A stretch of 63,853 nt of DNA, filler included, from Choristocarpus tenellus KU-1152 (lineage: Eukaryota > Protista > Phaeophyceae): assembly GCA_964200185.2 (NCBI GenBank). It is 12 parts of 12 records of this genome, joined end to end, with 100 filler letters (N's around TTAATTAATTAA, not from the genome) between each part and the next. Parts side by side here need not be neighbours in the genome. Positions count along the whole stretch, not along the records: positions 26,481 to 32,780 come from CAXNAD020008442.1; positions 32,881 to 42,546 come from CAXNAD020003488.1; 10 more parts are not named here. One strand, 5' to 3'. A program made the position numbers and the translations under genes. Positions 27,368 to 40,773 of this stretch are shown here, one piece after another. Under the pieces are notes generated by a model. The model was not told the DNA's origin and did not search any database. It was given only the letters and a program-made list of their open reading frames with translations. Each line of letters begins with the position of its first letter. Within the stretch, counting starts at the first letter, position 1.

Positions 27368-29195
27368 CTCCTCGATGGGGAGTTGACACACGAGATGACC
27401 ATGACAGGCTTCTCAGAGCTGGATATACCGGAGGTGTTAGACGCGTACAGAACCAGTGTGAGGAGGGTGCTTATCTTTGACTACGGAGGGTCGCTCCTTG
27501 AGAAGGAGGTGAACTTGCACCTTCTTTAAGTACCTCTTCGTTGGGTTTTGTAGAGGGATATGCGATGATGGACCATCTGGTTTTTTTTTGTGATTCTGTT
27601 GATGTTGTGCTGTGTTGCTGTGTGTGTGTGTGTGTTTGTGCTTGGTGCTTGGTGCTTGGTATGATTTGGAATGCTTGTAGGTACTATCTGTGAAGGATTC
27701 AGTGCATGGTGGATGGTATGGAATGGGGTGACTGTGAGGTTTGCTGTTGGTGGGAGTATGATATGTTTGAGGGTGTGAGAATGTTGCCTGCCTTCACAGT
27801 TAGAAGTTGTAACTGTTGTAACTGTTGAACCTTTGAAGGGTGAGGGAAAAAACCCCCTAACCCTAACCCTTTTTTTGTATAGAGGGCTTTGTGTCGGACG
27901 TGTGTTGTGATTACCCTAACCCTTTTCTTGTCTAGTAGTGTGTAGTAGGGTTGGAACTGAAGTGTGTAGAGAGGGAGTCGCTTATGTATCAATGCTGTGA
28001 TATCTGTGTATTATGTAATGCCATTTGGAAGGTACTTAGTAAAGAGTGACATAGAAAAGGTATATATATATGCCATTATTTTTTGTGAAGTGAGTGGTTT
28101 ATTTGTTGGAGTGTATAATGTATGGTGGGACTGAGGGTAGTTTCCATTTGATTCTCTTCTTTTTGTCCAAGTGGTTCTTGTTTGAAAGTTCAGTAGTGGT
28201 ACCAAGTGGTCTATGTCATTGGACTTCTAGACACACATTCCATTGCCGGAGACTGAGATTTCTCAACGATAGTGTGTGTGTGTTTGGTAAGAGGACTGTT
28301 GTTGACACCCTTGTCAATTGGGGGTGTTTTTATTGCATTTGTTACTGATGATGGCTAGTTCAACAGCTCACTATTATTGTTATTGATATTATTGGAAACA
28401 GACTGTTTACTGTTTTTCATTGTGCTCGAAGTGTTGATGACCTGATTTTTTGTTTTTATTATTATGGATGTTAGGGTTTGGGCAAGTACCTGAAGAGGAA
28501 CATGGCAAGTGTCTCTGGTCGAAAGCTGACTCAGGCTATGCAAGAAGCTCTCACTAAGCTTTGCCAGGATGATGCCAACACCGTATTCATTGTCAGTGGG
28601 CTAAGTGACGTTGGTCTCATAGATGTGAGTGGACTCCATTTCAAATGGTTGTGTTTTTTTATTGTTATTGTTAGAGTACACAATTGTACTGCGGTGTTTT
28701 TTATTGTTTTATTGGTATTCTGGTTAGGGTTAGGGTTTAGAGTGTTCATTGGGGGTTAGGGTATTTAAGTAGGGTTGGAATGTCAATGACTATTCTGTGC
28801 ATGTGTGACTGGGTTAGAGGGTTAGGGTTAGGGTTAGTTGCGCATCCCAGTCTTGTTTTTTAATATTTTGATAACAGTGATTCGTGGGTCGTAGCTTGTA
28901 TGTGTGTGCATTAATTTTAATTTTCTAAACATCTCTTAGGCGTGTCTACCCCAGATTGTGTTGTAGACGGACACGATTGAAGTCCCAGATTGTAGTGTTG
29001 TAGAACTAATTTTGTAATTTTGTAGTTCAATTCAAGTGTGTGTTTTGAAAAAAGTGTTCTAATCCTAGAATAAATATATATATTAATCTGCATGCCATTG
29101 TGTGACTTTAGGATTATTATTATTATTACCATACTTGGTAGCCTCACAAACTGCATTTGTAATTTATAGCCTTGTGGCAGACTGTATAATTGGGA

Positions 29196-29232
<37 letters not shown>

Positions 29233-29569
29233 AAGAGTAGTAGGTAAAAAAAAAATAGAGGTGCAATTCAATATTGTTTTGAACTACTTAGAGTAACTGT
29301 TTTAACTTACTGTTGTCTACTTAAATTATAAGTTCTGACTTGAAAACAGTCCAATCTAGCTAAAAAGAACACTCTCTTTGGTATCCCCCTTTTTTTTGTT
29401 TTTTTCATTATTGTTTTTGTCTACTGCTCTTTGTTTATGTGGTGGTGATGGTCGTCAGTCGTTGGGTGATGTTGTTGGACTGGGACTAGCGGCTAATAAT
29501 GGTCTGTCATTCTCTTGGCCAGTCAAGGCAGACCCTACAGGTGTCGTCAAGGAAAAACGAACATGGGAG
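27368..29569 (+). CDS. TPS: Trehalose-6-phosphate synthase/phosphatase, TPP (HAD) domain exons 27368-27508, 28475-28624, 29459-29569 (partial)
   Basis: Phase-0 exons: LDIPEVLDAYRTSVRRVLIFDYGGSL | LTKLCQDDANTVFIVSG | LGLAANNG..W. These correspond to the TPS-TPP consensus Y..s..R.i.lDYDGTL, L..Lc.Dp.N.VfivSGR, LglaAEhG. Confidence 0.85.
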
Positions 29570-29744
29570 GTGAGTTTTATTTTTTTATTTTATAGTTGTT
29601 GGTTTCATTATTATTGTTTTTTTTTTTGTTCTTTGTATTGTATTATTATTATTTTATTTATTATTATTACCATTACATTTGTCTCCGGAATTTTATACCT
29701 GTGGTTGAAGAAGTTGTTCAAAGAAGGCGGTAGGCACTGTTTTT

Positions 29745-29958
29745 TAATGATATTAATGGTATTAATGATATTAATGGTATTAATGATATTAATGATGGTA
29801 GGTATTAATGATATTAATGATGGTAAGTATTAATGATATTAATGGTGGTAGGTATTAATGATATTAATGGTATTAATGATATTAATGATATTAATGGTAT
29901 TAATGATATTAATGGTATTAATGATATTAATGGTATTAATGATATTAATGGTGGTAGG
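29745..29958. repeat. 9-bp minisatellite (ATTAATGRT)n
   Basis: About 20 degenerate tandem units. Confidence 0.95.
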
Positions 29959-31040
29959 TATCGAGGACCATCATAGAAAAAACAAAATAAGTGAGAGAAG
30001 AGGAGGGTGGAAGTGTTTGATTATGTTAACAAAACTGCTCCTATTTTTATTGTAAGTGTGAAGGAGTGAGGGAGATTTAAAAAATAAATAAATACTCTAC
30101 TTGCACTGTGTTTAGTGCCTGTACCTCTTCAATGACTGTACCTTTTAATGTCAACTTCAGGTTTTTTCAAGAAAATATATTTTGACCTAGAGCAGTGGCA
30201 AGCTCTGCGATCATGTCAACTCAGACAATTTTTCATTGTAGAAGTATTTTTAATCTCAGGTATAGTAGAACAGTTCATGTGTTAACTTTTTGAAATACCA
30301 TGCTTTTTTTTTCATTTTTGATGATGTACCTTGTAGGTAAGCCTAACCCTAACCCCATTTGTTTTGGTTGTGATGCACGTAGCTGTAAATTGATGTGTAT
30401 TGTAGTGAGGGATGTTATTTATTTATTTTATTTGTGATAGTGTTGGTTGTGACGGGTGGCTGGGTTGTCTACTATTGGTTTGGTCGAATTTGTTGCATTT
30501 TGGAGGAAGAGCTGGGGTTGGGGTTGGGGTTGGAGTTTGAAGAGGAACATCTATTTGAAGGTACACCCTAGTGTGGTCATTTGCCCAGCATCTTTTTACC
30601 TCCCTGTTGCATTTATACTAACCTACTTTATATATGTTTATTATATTAACCTCTTATATTATTTATATTTGTGTTTTTTTTCTTTTTTCTAAATCAGTTT
30701 TTTTTTACCTGAAGGTCGTGGCGTATGATTTAAAAAAAAGATGATCAGTAACAACTCGTAGTTATAATAAATCAAGGCCTGTACAACTAATGTGGAATGC
30801 AGTGATGGCTATTTGTGGTCGTGACCTTGGGAGTATTGCTGTGTAAAATGATGTGTGTGTATGTATGTATATGTATGTATGTATTGTGCATGTTGGACCG
30901 ATGTGATTGTAGATTATCTACATGGAGAGGAGACTGTATTAGGTTAGAGGACACTATATCCTAAATTATTTTTTATTATTATTGCGGGGTATTGGATATG
31001 TAATTGATGTAATTGATCATGCATGGCACGTCTCACGAAA

Positions 31041-31186
31041 TTGTTACAACTATTATTGTTATTATTATTATTATTGTTACAACTATCATTATTATTATTA
31101 TTATTATTGTTACAACTATCATTATTATTATTATTATTATTGTTACAACTATCATTATTATTATTATTATTAGTAGTAGTAGTAGT
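31041..31186. repeat. (TAT)n microsatellite with a ~30-bp higher-order period (tgttacaactatcattatt..)
   Basis: Four tgttacaact units separated by TAT runs. Confidence 0.9.
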
Positions 31187-32690
31187 ATGTTACATGTTGA
31201 AGTTTGGTCTATATCATTTCTAGTTCAGACTTTAATAACACAAGCGTTTTTTTTTTTCCTCTTCTGAGATAAGACTGTTTCCTGGCTGGTGTTGTTGTGA
31301 ATATTAGATTCGATTCAATCACTTCAATTCAGTTTTATGTTAGACTTTTCAAAAATAAAAATCGAAAATGCGGGTTAATTTTGATTGGTTAGTTTGGTGT
31401 TAACGCACGTTGCGTGCTGCTCTTCCCACGGAACGGAGCTCAGTGATTGGCTAACGTCAATTAGTTCGCTGGATGATACGTTGTTTCAATTGTTCCTGAG
31501 TACATGGACGAATTTGAGCCGGTTTAACTTATTCTCACTAACGATTTAGCTCTTCGATTCACAACACCACTGATTGGTGCGTGTTTGCTGGCTGTTGTGT
31601 GATTGGCTGTATGGACTTGAAGTGCGGAAGGATGTGCGTCGGCTACTTCCCTAACCCTAGGGCTTCAATTCTCAAGTATTTTTTGTTACAGTCATTGTGG
31701 TTTGAATCAGTGGCTTGAACGTCCATTGATGGGAGACAGGTCAACTGATTCTGTTCACATTGCACATGTTCCAGTCGGTGTAGTGGAACATATTCTTATC
31801 AATACGTTCTTATTTTCTTTTCTTGTTTCTGGTTTGGGAGGAGGTATTTCCTGTTTGAAAGATTGTACGGAAACCTTGGAAAATTTCCTCTTGAGAGAGT
31901 AAATTTCCTCCCATTTTTTGGGTGTAGGTGAGAGTTTGTAAGTATCTTGAAGGTCCAGGGTTGAGTTTTTTTTTTTCAATTTTTATTAGGATTGGTGTAT
32001 GCCCAGGTTTAGTCAGGTTGTTTATGGCCTTGGTCTTGGTCTTGGTCTTGATCTTGATCTTCGTTGAGATTTTTGTTTTGGACTTCTGTGTGTGAATTGA
32101 TGATGTCAATTTTGATTCTATGATATAGAGAGGCTTGTGTGTTTTGCTCAGTGTTTTATCAGTCCAGAGGTACTCTGGTTATTAATAAGATTGACATTCT
32201 GGGAAGTCAGATTCACAGGGGATGAATCGCCCAAATAACACTTGTCTGTCTGTGAAAACTCTAAATAAATAAAAAGGAGATATCGATTGACCTGCACTGT
32301 ATGGGTTGATGCCAACCTCCCATCTCCATTCGAGTGCTTCAATACTGAGGTAGCAGGATACACTACGTACCAGTTAGTAACTAATACTGAGGTAACAGGA
32401 TACACTAAGTACCAGTTAGCCAATATATACTTCTTTTTTTCACCCTTCTTTTTTGAAAGGAAGTGTGAAGCTATCGCAAACAGAGTGTCGATAATAATTA
32501 TTTTCTAATTCTCCGCTGGCAACTGAACTCAGTGTTCCAACTCAACGTACCCACAAAGGTATTTCCAAAGTGCTAACTCCACAACCCCTATCCCTATTGA
32601 CTGGGTGCTACAAGAAACAAGTCTTCCTGGCAAGTGTTTGGATGTATTGTTACTAGTTACTAGTTACTCAGCAGCATCCCTCCTCCCCCC

Positions 32691-32724
<34 letters not shown>

Positions 32725-32899
32725 CCCTCTTTCTTCTTCACTTTAGCTTTGTCGTTCGGAGATCGGCCCCCGCGGCATAGNNNNNNNNNNNNNNNNNNNN
32801 NNNNNNNNNNNNNNNNNNNNNNNNTTAATTAATTAANNNNNNNNNNNNNNNNNNNNNNNNNNNNNNNNNNNNNNNNNNNNGTGTTCTCTCCCCTTGTGG

Positions 32900-33089
32900 G
32901 TTGGGGGGGGGGGGGGGGGGGAAGGTTGGTCGCTGGCTGTCCATTCGGGGCCTAGATTTCTATGTCATGATTTTTGGGTGATTTGGTTGCATGTGTGGGA
33001 TGGATAATGTAAGTGCAATTCTCCTGGTCAGGGTCCAAATGGACACCCTGATGTAGACCCCTCCCCCCCCCCCCAAGATACTTTAAGCC
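32900..33089 (-). mobile_element. MITE family B copy, reverse orientation
   Basis: Reverse complement of the 40593-40773 internal sequence; ends agatactttaagcc. Confidence 0.78.
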
Positions 33090-34550
33090 ATCAATACAAA
33101 CATACTAAAAAATGATTGAGTCTCAACGGAGCTGTAAGAGTTGTCGGTAGACAGAGGCGTGTTTTTGTATATTTTTATTTTCTAGAGTATAAAGGGTGAC
33201 CGAGCTACATAAAATTGCATGTCCAGATGGGGGGGGGGGGGGTTCTAAAATTTGTTATTGCCAGAATGTTCAATTTTGAGGCATGTGGAAGGGGGCTTTT
33301 TTGGTGACAAGAACCCTTTCCCATGCTTTTTTCATCAATTTTAATATGTGAATGCTGTGGGGACAGTTTAAAGTGGTTTTCCAGAGTTATGAAGGCAATG
33401 AGAGGGATGCAAATAAACCAAATACAACAACATTCAAATTATATATATATAGTTCATACTTTCAACTTATTGGAGAGCAGCTAGTCTCTAGATTGTCTGA
33501 GTGAGGGTATACCCCCATTGAACACAATTTCCTAAATATTGTGCATGTTTCTGTCATCATTCTTCAAAGTATACATTCAATCCACTTGGAAAAAAAGGGT
33601 TAGGGTTAGGGTTAGGGTTAGGGTAAAGTATCTTCCAGGTGTGGACTGGGTGAATAGCAAGTCTCAAAATAAACCCAAACCTTACACTACAAATAGTATT
33701 GATAGAGCAAGCACTCTGATTGTATCCGTCAACAACGACATTTGCTTGAGACAAAAAGAGGTATATCTTCAGACAAAAAGAGGCATACCCATGTACTGTA
33801 CATCGGTTGTGTGTTCATCTCCACCGAAAAGGGCCATCTCACTTACAATCAAAAGTTAAATATTTTTATTTTATTAACTTTTCAACTGCCTCCCGCACGT
33901 AACTAAATATTTTTTTTAGTTTTCAACTGCCACCCCACTGGTTCTTACAATAAATATATTTTTTTAATTAAATGTTACGATCACTAGTGTTACAAGAGAC
34001 AGGAGATGAATAACACTCAAGCTGAAGATGACACATACACATGTTAGATGTGTATGTTTATATACACATATTATGTAGGTATATACTTCGAGAGCACTCA
34101 GATGGGAACACGTTAGAAGCTGAGACAAATAAAGTCAAGCGTGGCGTGAACCTCTGCCCTGACCACGTACAGGACCAATGATTACCTTGCATCCAACAAA
34201 ATGCAAGCAGCTTTCTTCTCTTTTCTAGCTCGGGTGGTCATTTCCTTCCTACAACTCAACACAGCCCTGTCAAGAGTATTCCTCATCATGTTACTAAAAC
34301 AAATAACTAAATAAATACAAGTACGCAAACATCTCACAGTAGCAAAATAACAAAATATTTCTCAACGAAAGAACAGGCTTGCTAGTCCTAATCCTAAACC
34401 CTAACCTTTGATAAAATAATAAAAAAGGCAGAAACAAAAATAAAATAAAAATAAAAATTGCGTAACAGCGGTAGTGGATACCCAGACAAGGGCTTATTCA
34501 ATACTATTACCTCTACCCTATTGATCCATGAGAGTGTATCGAAGGCCACC

Positions 34551-34591
34551 TAATCCTAACCCTAACCCTAACCCTAACCCTAACCCTAACC
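34551..34591. repeat. Interstitial telomere-like (CCCTAA)n, the longest of many short tracts
   Basis: About 6-7 units. Others at 1141, 1502, 22217, 25907, 28723, 28812, 33597, 34787, 57997. Confidence 0.92.
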
Positions 34592-34959
34592 CACCCTGCC
34601 TTCAAAAGGAGAAATCGACCACGGTGTGAGACCTATCTACTACCTCAGGGTTAGGGTTATGGTGTTGTCTCACACAACTCCGGTGAGGAGTCTCTCTTGG
34701 CACTGGGGACTGATGGTCCCAGGGCTGGGGTTGATAGGAAAAGATCTCACCAAAGAATGGGGATATATATAGATGTATGTATATATTAGGGTTAAGGTTA
34801 GGGTTAGGAGACAGGAGACATCTTTACTGCGTGTGCTCCAGGATGCTGAAGAGTTAAACACTTGGCTGATATGTACTCAGATGTATGCAATCGCAGACCT
34901 CCATGTATACTTAGCAATGGGTAAGCCATCTCAATTAAAGAAAACGGGGGTAAGCTCAC

Positions 34960-36053
34960 ACGACAAATCAGCAGAAATAATCGCTTCGATGTTTCTGGCT
35001 ACATCATCCCCTGACATTGTGAGGAGGATGAAGAGGAAGTCCACCATAGATATTGAAAACCGTTCCCCTAACCCCTCACACCCCCAAACATTCCAGATAG
35101 GAAAGGGGGAGTCGGGTATTCCATCACCAGAACAAAAAAACTTCGTCAGATTGGAAGTTCAAGCTTGGAATATATCGGAAATCTCGCCATACTTAGAATT
35201 AGAAACCTTCGACTTTTGGTGGTTTAGAGTTGTCCGAAACCCTGGGTTGATCCTGAAAAGGCTCTCTTCATTTGAATTTTATCAGTAAACCATAGAGTTG
35301 AACAGTATGAATGTGTGGTCGACAACACACCCTCCCCCAATACATATGAACGATTCTTGTTTGTCATACTGCTGACGCACCGAGCTGTCAGCTGGACATC
35401 AAGAGGAAATATTGTGATACTTGGAAAACTGACCTCGACGGCGGAGTGGGAGTCTTCAATGGTGCAAGCTGGGGGGTGTTGGTGCACACGACCCTCTCCT
35501 GGCACTGGTGTCGCCTCCTCTCCCTCGAGCTTAGAGACCGGTATTACAGCTTCCTCCTCTGTGGCTATAAGCTTCATAGACCCTCCATTGTGCTCTTCAT
35601 GATGACCAAATGGTTCATGGTGACCCTCGTGGTCAAAACCATGTCCGTGTTCGTGTTCGTGGTTTTGGTCATGATCGTTTTTAAGGTGGCGATGCCCCTC
35701 GACATCGTGGTAATGATCATGTGACTCTGTAAGGTGCCTTTCCCTAACAGACCCAAGCTGCAGGGAACCGTTTGGTATGCTAGCATGATTTTCAAAAGCG
35801 AGGTGAAGAAGGTGGAGTAAAGTTAGAGTAGCGTTTAAGAACCTCCTAACCCAAACACCCTCTCAAGTCAAAAAAGAAAGTTCAAGTAGAGAGCTATGTA
35901 TTTCTCCGCTTCTTCAGCACTATACGTTAGGAGCCATCCTCATTCTCACATCTCGGAAACACAGACGCTTGTAGTCGCCAGAAGAGCTGCCAGCAGCGTG
36001 CCTCCACTCAAGCCTGCAAGTCGAGGCTTGAAGCCGAGCTTATATGTACCCAT
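34960..36053 (-). CDS. Signal-peptide-bearing His-rich protein, 5' exons 35950-36053 and 35434-35743, tentative 35207-35252 and 34960-35010
   Basis: MGTYKLGFKPRLAGLSGGTLLAALLATTSVCVSE joins through a phase-2 GT-AG intron to ERHLTESHDHYHDVEGHRHLKNDHDQNHEHEHGHGFDHEGHHEPFGHHEEH.., in frame with ORF 35224..35577. Confidence 0.65.
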
Positions 36054-36440
36054 TGTTACCCAGATGCGTCACCGACTGAAAAGAATTGGTCCTTATTTCG
36101 CCTCGTACAATATTTAACGCCAAGCTGGACAAGATATGCCAACCAGATAGACCGCCGTACCTCTGAAGAGCTTCTCACTGATGGCCACACCACCTGTACT
36201 CTCAATTCCTCAATTTCTACTTGAGTAAAAGTCTTGAGTTGAGTTTCAAGAGAAATCAGTGATGAAGAAACCCCTAACTCTTGAGAATGATCGTGAAAAT
36301 ATATACTGAATTTTTAATATGAGAAATTGGAGTACGGTCTGTCTTAGAGTAGTAGAATAATAGAATACTAAACAACTAAACGACTTGATCTACCAAGCAC
36401 ACATAAATCACTATACATAACGCAACGCGAACTTGATCGG

Positions 36441-37068
36441 TGTTACGAGGACTCTGCTCCCAATTCTTAGAATACTCTGAGTTTGAACCATGGAAGACGA
36501 GCATTTTCGAGGGCGGGACTGAGGGGGAACCTCAATGTTCCTTGGTTTGATGAGGGGATTCATGGAGGGGAACCGGAACAGGGAGGAGGTCAAGCGATTT
36601 TCACTCTGTTACAAATCCTCATGGAATGGCAAGGGCACTTGGAGACCAACAACTTACGGCAGAAGTCAACTGTCGTTGACCTAAAACTAAAATTCAAGGA
36701 TCTCATTGCCAAAATATCTGTGATCGGTGGGCCAGGAAACCTTCCACATCGCAACGACTTCTAGACGATGACAGAGTCGCTAAGGAGAGATTGTGGGCTC
36801 ATACTTATTTTCCGTGTCAACCGTTTTCCAACAAACCTCGGAAATGGAGGAGTTTTGGATTTTGGTGAAGATATTTGTAGATTGGGTGTGGCAAACACTG
36901 TTGAGAAACTTGGCGCATGTAAGGCTCGTCGCCGAAAGGTAATATTCGAGCTATATGGTAAAACAAACAATTATTTATTGTCCACAGGGTAATGTCCACT
37001 TGGTGTCCAATACCACTATTATATTACTGCTATTGTCTCACTATACCGCTTCACTAGGTTATTCGACA
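36441..37068 (-). mobile_element. Probable 3' LTR of the adjacent Copia element
   Basis: The minus-strand polypurine tract AAGGGGAGGA (37078-37069) is followed directly by TGTCGA. The ..TAACA end at 36441 is tentative. Confidence 0.6.
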
Positions 37069-39240
37069 TCCTCCCCTTGCTGAAAACAAGTAGTTACTCT
37101 CAATCAATCAATCTTGAACAACAACACAAAAAATATATTTAACACACACACATGTTAATCAAAAACTTCACATCCTGTCAAAAAACTCGAACTGGCAGAT
37201 TCTTGGTTAATACATCTGCCCTCTGATATGCAGTACCAACAGAAACAACACGAATCTCTCCTTTTCTAGCTAAGTTCCGAAAAAAATGATGTCGGACATC
37301 AATGTGCTTTGTTCTAGTAGAGCTTCTGGCATTTCGTACTAGTTTGCATGCACCATCGTTATCCTCCAACATGTCAATGCAACGCCCAGGGAACTGTGAC
37401 TGAAATAAACTCCAAAACTCTTTTCAAGAAAAGTAATTCCTGTGCCACACTGCTAAGAGCTATATACTCACTCTCCGTTGAAGACAGAGCTATAATTCTT
37501 TGTACCTTTGACGTCCAAGATATTACTCCTCCTGCAAACATTATTACTCCTCCAGTCACAGATATACGATCGTTACAGTCTCCAGCATAACTAGCATCAG
37601 CATATGCACTCAACTCACACTCAGTATCAAAACCACAAGAACTTAATCCAACACTGGGACACGTTTTCAAATATGCTAAAATACACTTCATTGCATGCCA
37701 GTGCGTGACTTTGGGATTGCTACTGCACTTGGCAACTTCACGAACTTCATTTGCAATGTCAAGCCTAGACATAACAGATGCCCACATCAGACTACCAACT
37801 GCTTCTCTGTACGTTGTATTTCATCAACACTTGGGTGATCTTCACTCTTGTCTAAATATCTTGAGAAATCATGGGGTACAGTCCTCTTCTTTGCCCCATC
37901 CATTCCAAATCTTGGACAAATACTCTTAATGTACCTAGTCTGACTGGTGGTGACAGTTTGTGCAACTCCGTCACATGAAATCTCACAACCCATATAATGC
38001 TCAAGGTCACCAAAATCTTATATGGAAAACTGCTTCTTAATCCTAGAGCGAACCCAAATCAAAACATCAGTTATACCAGTCACCAAAAGATCGTCAACTT
38101 GGGGGACTATCACAGCACAAACAACACCATCTCTTACATATCTTAATACACAGGAGTCTGCTCTACACCGTTCAAAACCACACTGTTCCAAAACATGCAC
38201 CAACAGATTGTTGAATTCCCTGCTAGCCTGTTTGGTGCCATAAAGGGCTTTCACTAAACGCACAATCTTTCCTGACCAGCTACCACATCCACCACATAAA
38301 CGTATAAAAAAATCTTCACTAACGTCTGCTTGGATAAAAGCTTGCTTTACATCCCAATGCCTCAATTCTCAGTCTCTGTCTGCTGCTATGGCTAAAATCA
38401 TTTTCGAAGACGCAGGGCACGGTGTTGGTGCAGAGGTAGGTATCTTGGTAATCTAAACCCTCAATCTGTCGAAAACCTTTTGCTACAAAACGCGCCTTGT
38501 ATCTTGAACTACGCGCTGCTCTTACAGTCATGGGTCCTGGAGGGAACTCATCCACTAACAATCTAACAGAGTCATCTCTCGCACACATCACAACTGTAGT
38601 CTCTATGAAAACAGGCAAAAAAATCATAAAAAATGGGACATGTTAAAAACAGCAGCTTTGGTGGAAATAGGGTGATTGCCTGATCTGGTGCAGTGGGGAA
38701 GGATGTTTCCGTCACCATTGCCAATGCTGAGTCGTCGTAGTTCCTTTTGGCATTGGCCGTCCTTAGCCCCATCAGCATTGTTGTTTGTCTCATCTGTTGC
38801 ACCACCATTATGACCATCATCACCATCAAGTTGGTCACTGTCAGTCCATATAGCTTCAGATGCATCACTGTTATCTAGTCCTCCTTCAATCCAGGAGATA
38901 CCTTCATTTGCTTCGTCATCAGCACATTCACCCCCCATCTCTTTGATTTCACCAGTCCTTCTGCGTGCATGAGGAGGGAGTATATACCCTGGGGCGTCAT
39001 CCAAGTCCTCATCATCCCGGTCGAAATCGGAAATTGGGAATCGTTCCCTGCTATCCTTGGTGGGGTGCAAATGGACGTTGGTTCATTGAATGACACGGTT
39101 AGAGCCGAGGTCCAGGATCCGAAACGTGCCTCGAGGTTGGTTGTCTGACATCCCAAGCATGATGCACTGTTGTCCATGGCTTCCAAGTTTGTGTCCTGGG
39201 CTGGACTTGTAATATCCAGGAGTTCCAAAAGCCGGGACAC
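37069..39240 (-). mobile_element. Degenerate Ty1/Copia pol (SH3-like region, RT, RNase H)
   Basis: HKLGSHGQQCIMLG; YKARFVAKGF; WDVKQAF; KALYGTKQASR; VDDLL; AYADASYA; ALSSTESEY; RTKHIDVRHHF; ADVLTK. Frameshifted. Confidence 0.93.
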
Positions 39241-40592
39241 CCATCAGTTATCCAACTTCCCCATAGAGTGCACGATAAGGTAAGATCCCCTTGTTGGCAG
39301 CTGTTGAACTTCTGTTGAGGATGAATGCAGAGTGATTATATGCCTCTCCCCACAACCACATTTTATCGCCCAACCCTGCAGATTAAATGCTGCCTCGGGC
39401 CCCACCGTCAACTTGGGCGATGTGACGTTCAGCTACGCCATTGTACTGTGGTTCTCCTGTTCTGGTCATTTCCTGCACTGCACCCATTTCCATTACCAAA
39501 GTCTGAAATTCTTCACTCTGTCAATCACTCCCAGTGTCATGTCATATCCAGAAACGGGTGATGAATGTCACGATGTAGCGGGGGTCCGACCCCCAAGTCA
39601 CCTTTACCTTGATGTTATATTGGGTTAGTCAGACGGCCATGATGGGACATGAAATGTCCGAACAATTTCTACAAATCGCCATGCTGGACTGTCTCTGGGT
39701 GATGACTATCAAATCACCATACATTACCTACAACATCATAATAAGGGTGAGCGTACGAGCGGCGTCAATATCAAAACGCCGCTTAAAAAAAAGAGGGACT
39801 GGGCTGAGCGCACCAAACTTCGTGTCATTTTCATTGAGGGAATTGTGGTCAATTTCTTCACAGTGGCCCGGATTTTGGGTTGTGCAGTTTAAGGACTGGG
39901 ATCCGCGTGCCTTTTTCTATCAGTTGTCATTAGTAACAACGAATGTCGTTATAGATATCCATATGTATGTACGTCATGTTGTGTGATTGCTATATGCACT
40001 AAAAAGGTTACTGCAATGTCGTAGTAAGTACTGCTATTTTGAAATAACTCTTTTTTTTATCAATAATATGGATCTTTAAAATCAGTTATCACATTCCCAA
40101 AGGAGAGTAGACCATGTCGATGCTACATTGCATACTAACTTTAGTACTACCGAATACTTCCAACCTTACATATAGCTACCTCAAGTATTTCTATACCCTT
40201 CCTTCCTTTCGTTGTCCTTGTACCTCTCTCAGGGTTGAATTTAATCAGCACCTACCTCTATTCATCCGAGTCTCCAGACACTCTTTACACAACCTTGCAT
40301 GCGAGGCTACAGTGATAACATTGTCATCACCCGCATCTCCTACTGGACAACGGTGCCAGGTACTGTTTCAGCGCTGAGATAACTCACGTGGATGGGATAA
40401 TACAGCAGCCTCAGAGCTAATAAATATGGCAAACAATGTCGATGCCCTGTAGGATAGTCAAAGCTGTATCACTGGATCACTTGACTTGTACTTAATATCT
40501 TAAATATCAGGTTTGATTCTGGTAGAGGTGTTGTCTGAGGTACCCTCTACCCACGATGTAGGGACTGACTGAGCTGATACAATCTGAAAACT

Positions 40593-40773
40593 GACCCAAA
40601 GTATCTGGGGGGGCGGTGGGGGTCTACACCAGGGTGTCCATTTGTTCCAAAATCAGGAAAAGTGCATTTACATTTTCCATCCCCAACGTATACAACCAAA
40701 TCACCCAAAAATAGCAACATGAAAAAATTGACCCCAAATGGACAGCCGCCACCCCCACCAGATAATTTGAGCC
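40593..40773 (+). mobile_element. MITE family B, complete copy
   Basis: aact|GACCCAAAGTATCTGGGGGG...CCCCACCAGATAATTTGAGCC|aact. Confidence 0.85.

Noticed and set aside
29858-31267. ILM/VLM, poly-Y, poly-I and poly-L ORFs
   Set aside because: Products of mini- and microsatellites.
33973-34262. Possible solo LTR (TGTT..AATAAA..AACA)
   Set aside because: No TSD and no second copy in the window.
34551-34591. True chromosome end
   Set aside because: The tract is short and flanked by unique sequence on both sides.
39325-40590. Possible gag or zinc-knuckle remnant
   Set aside because: Too degenerate to support a call.
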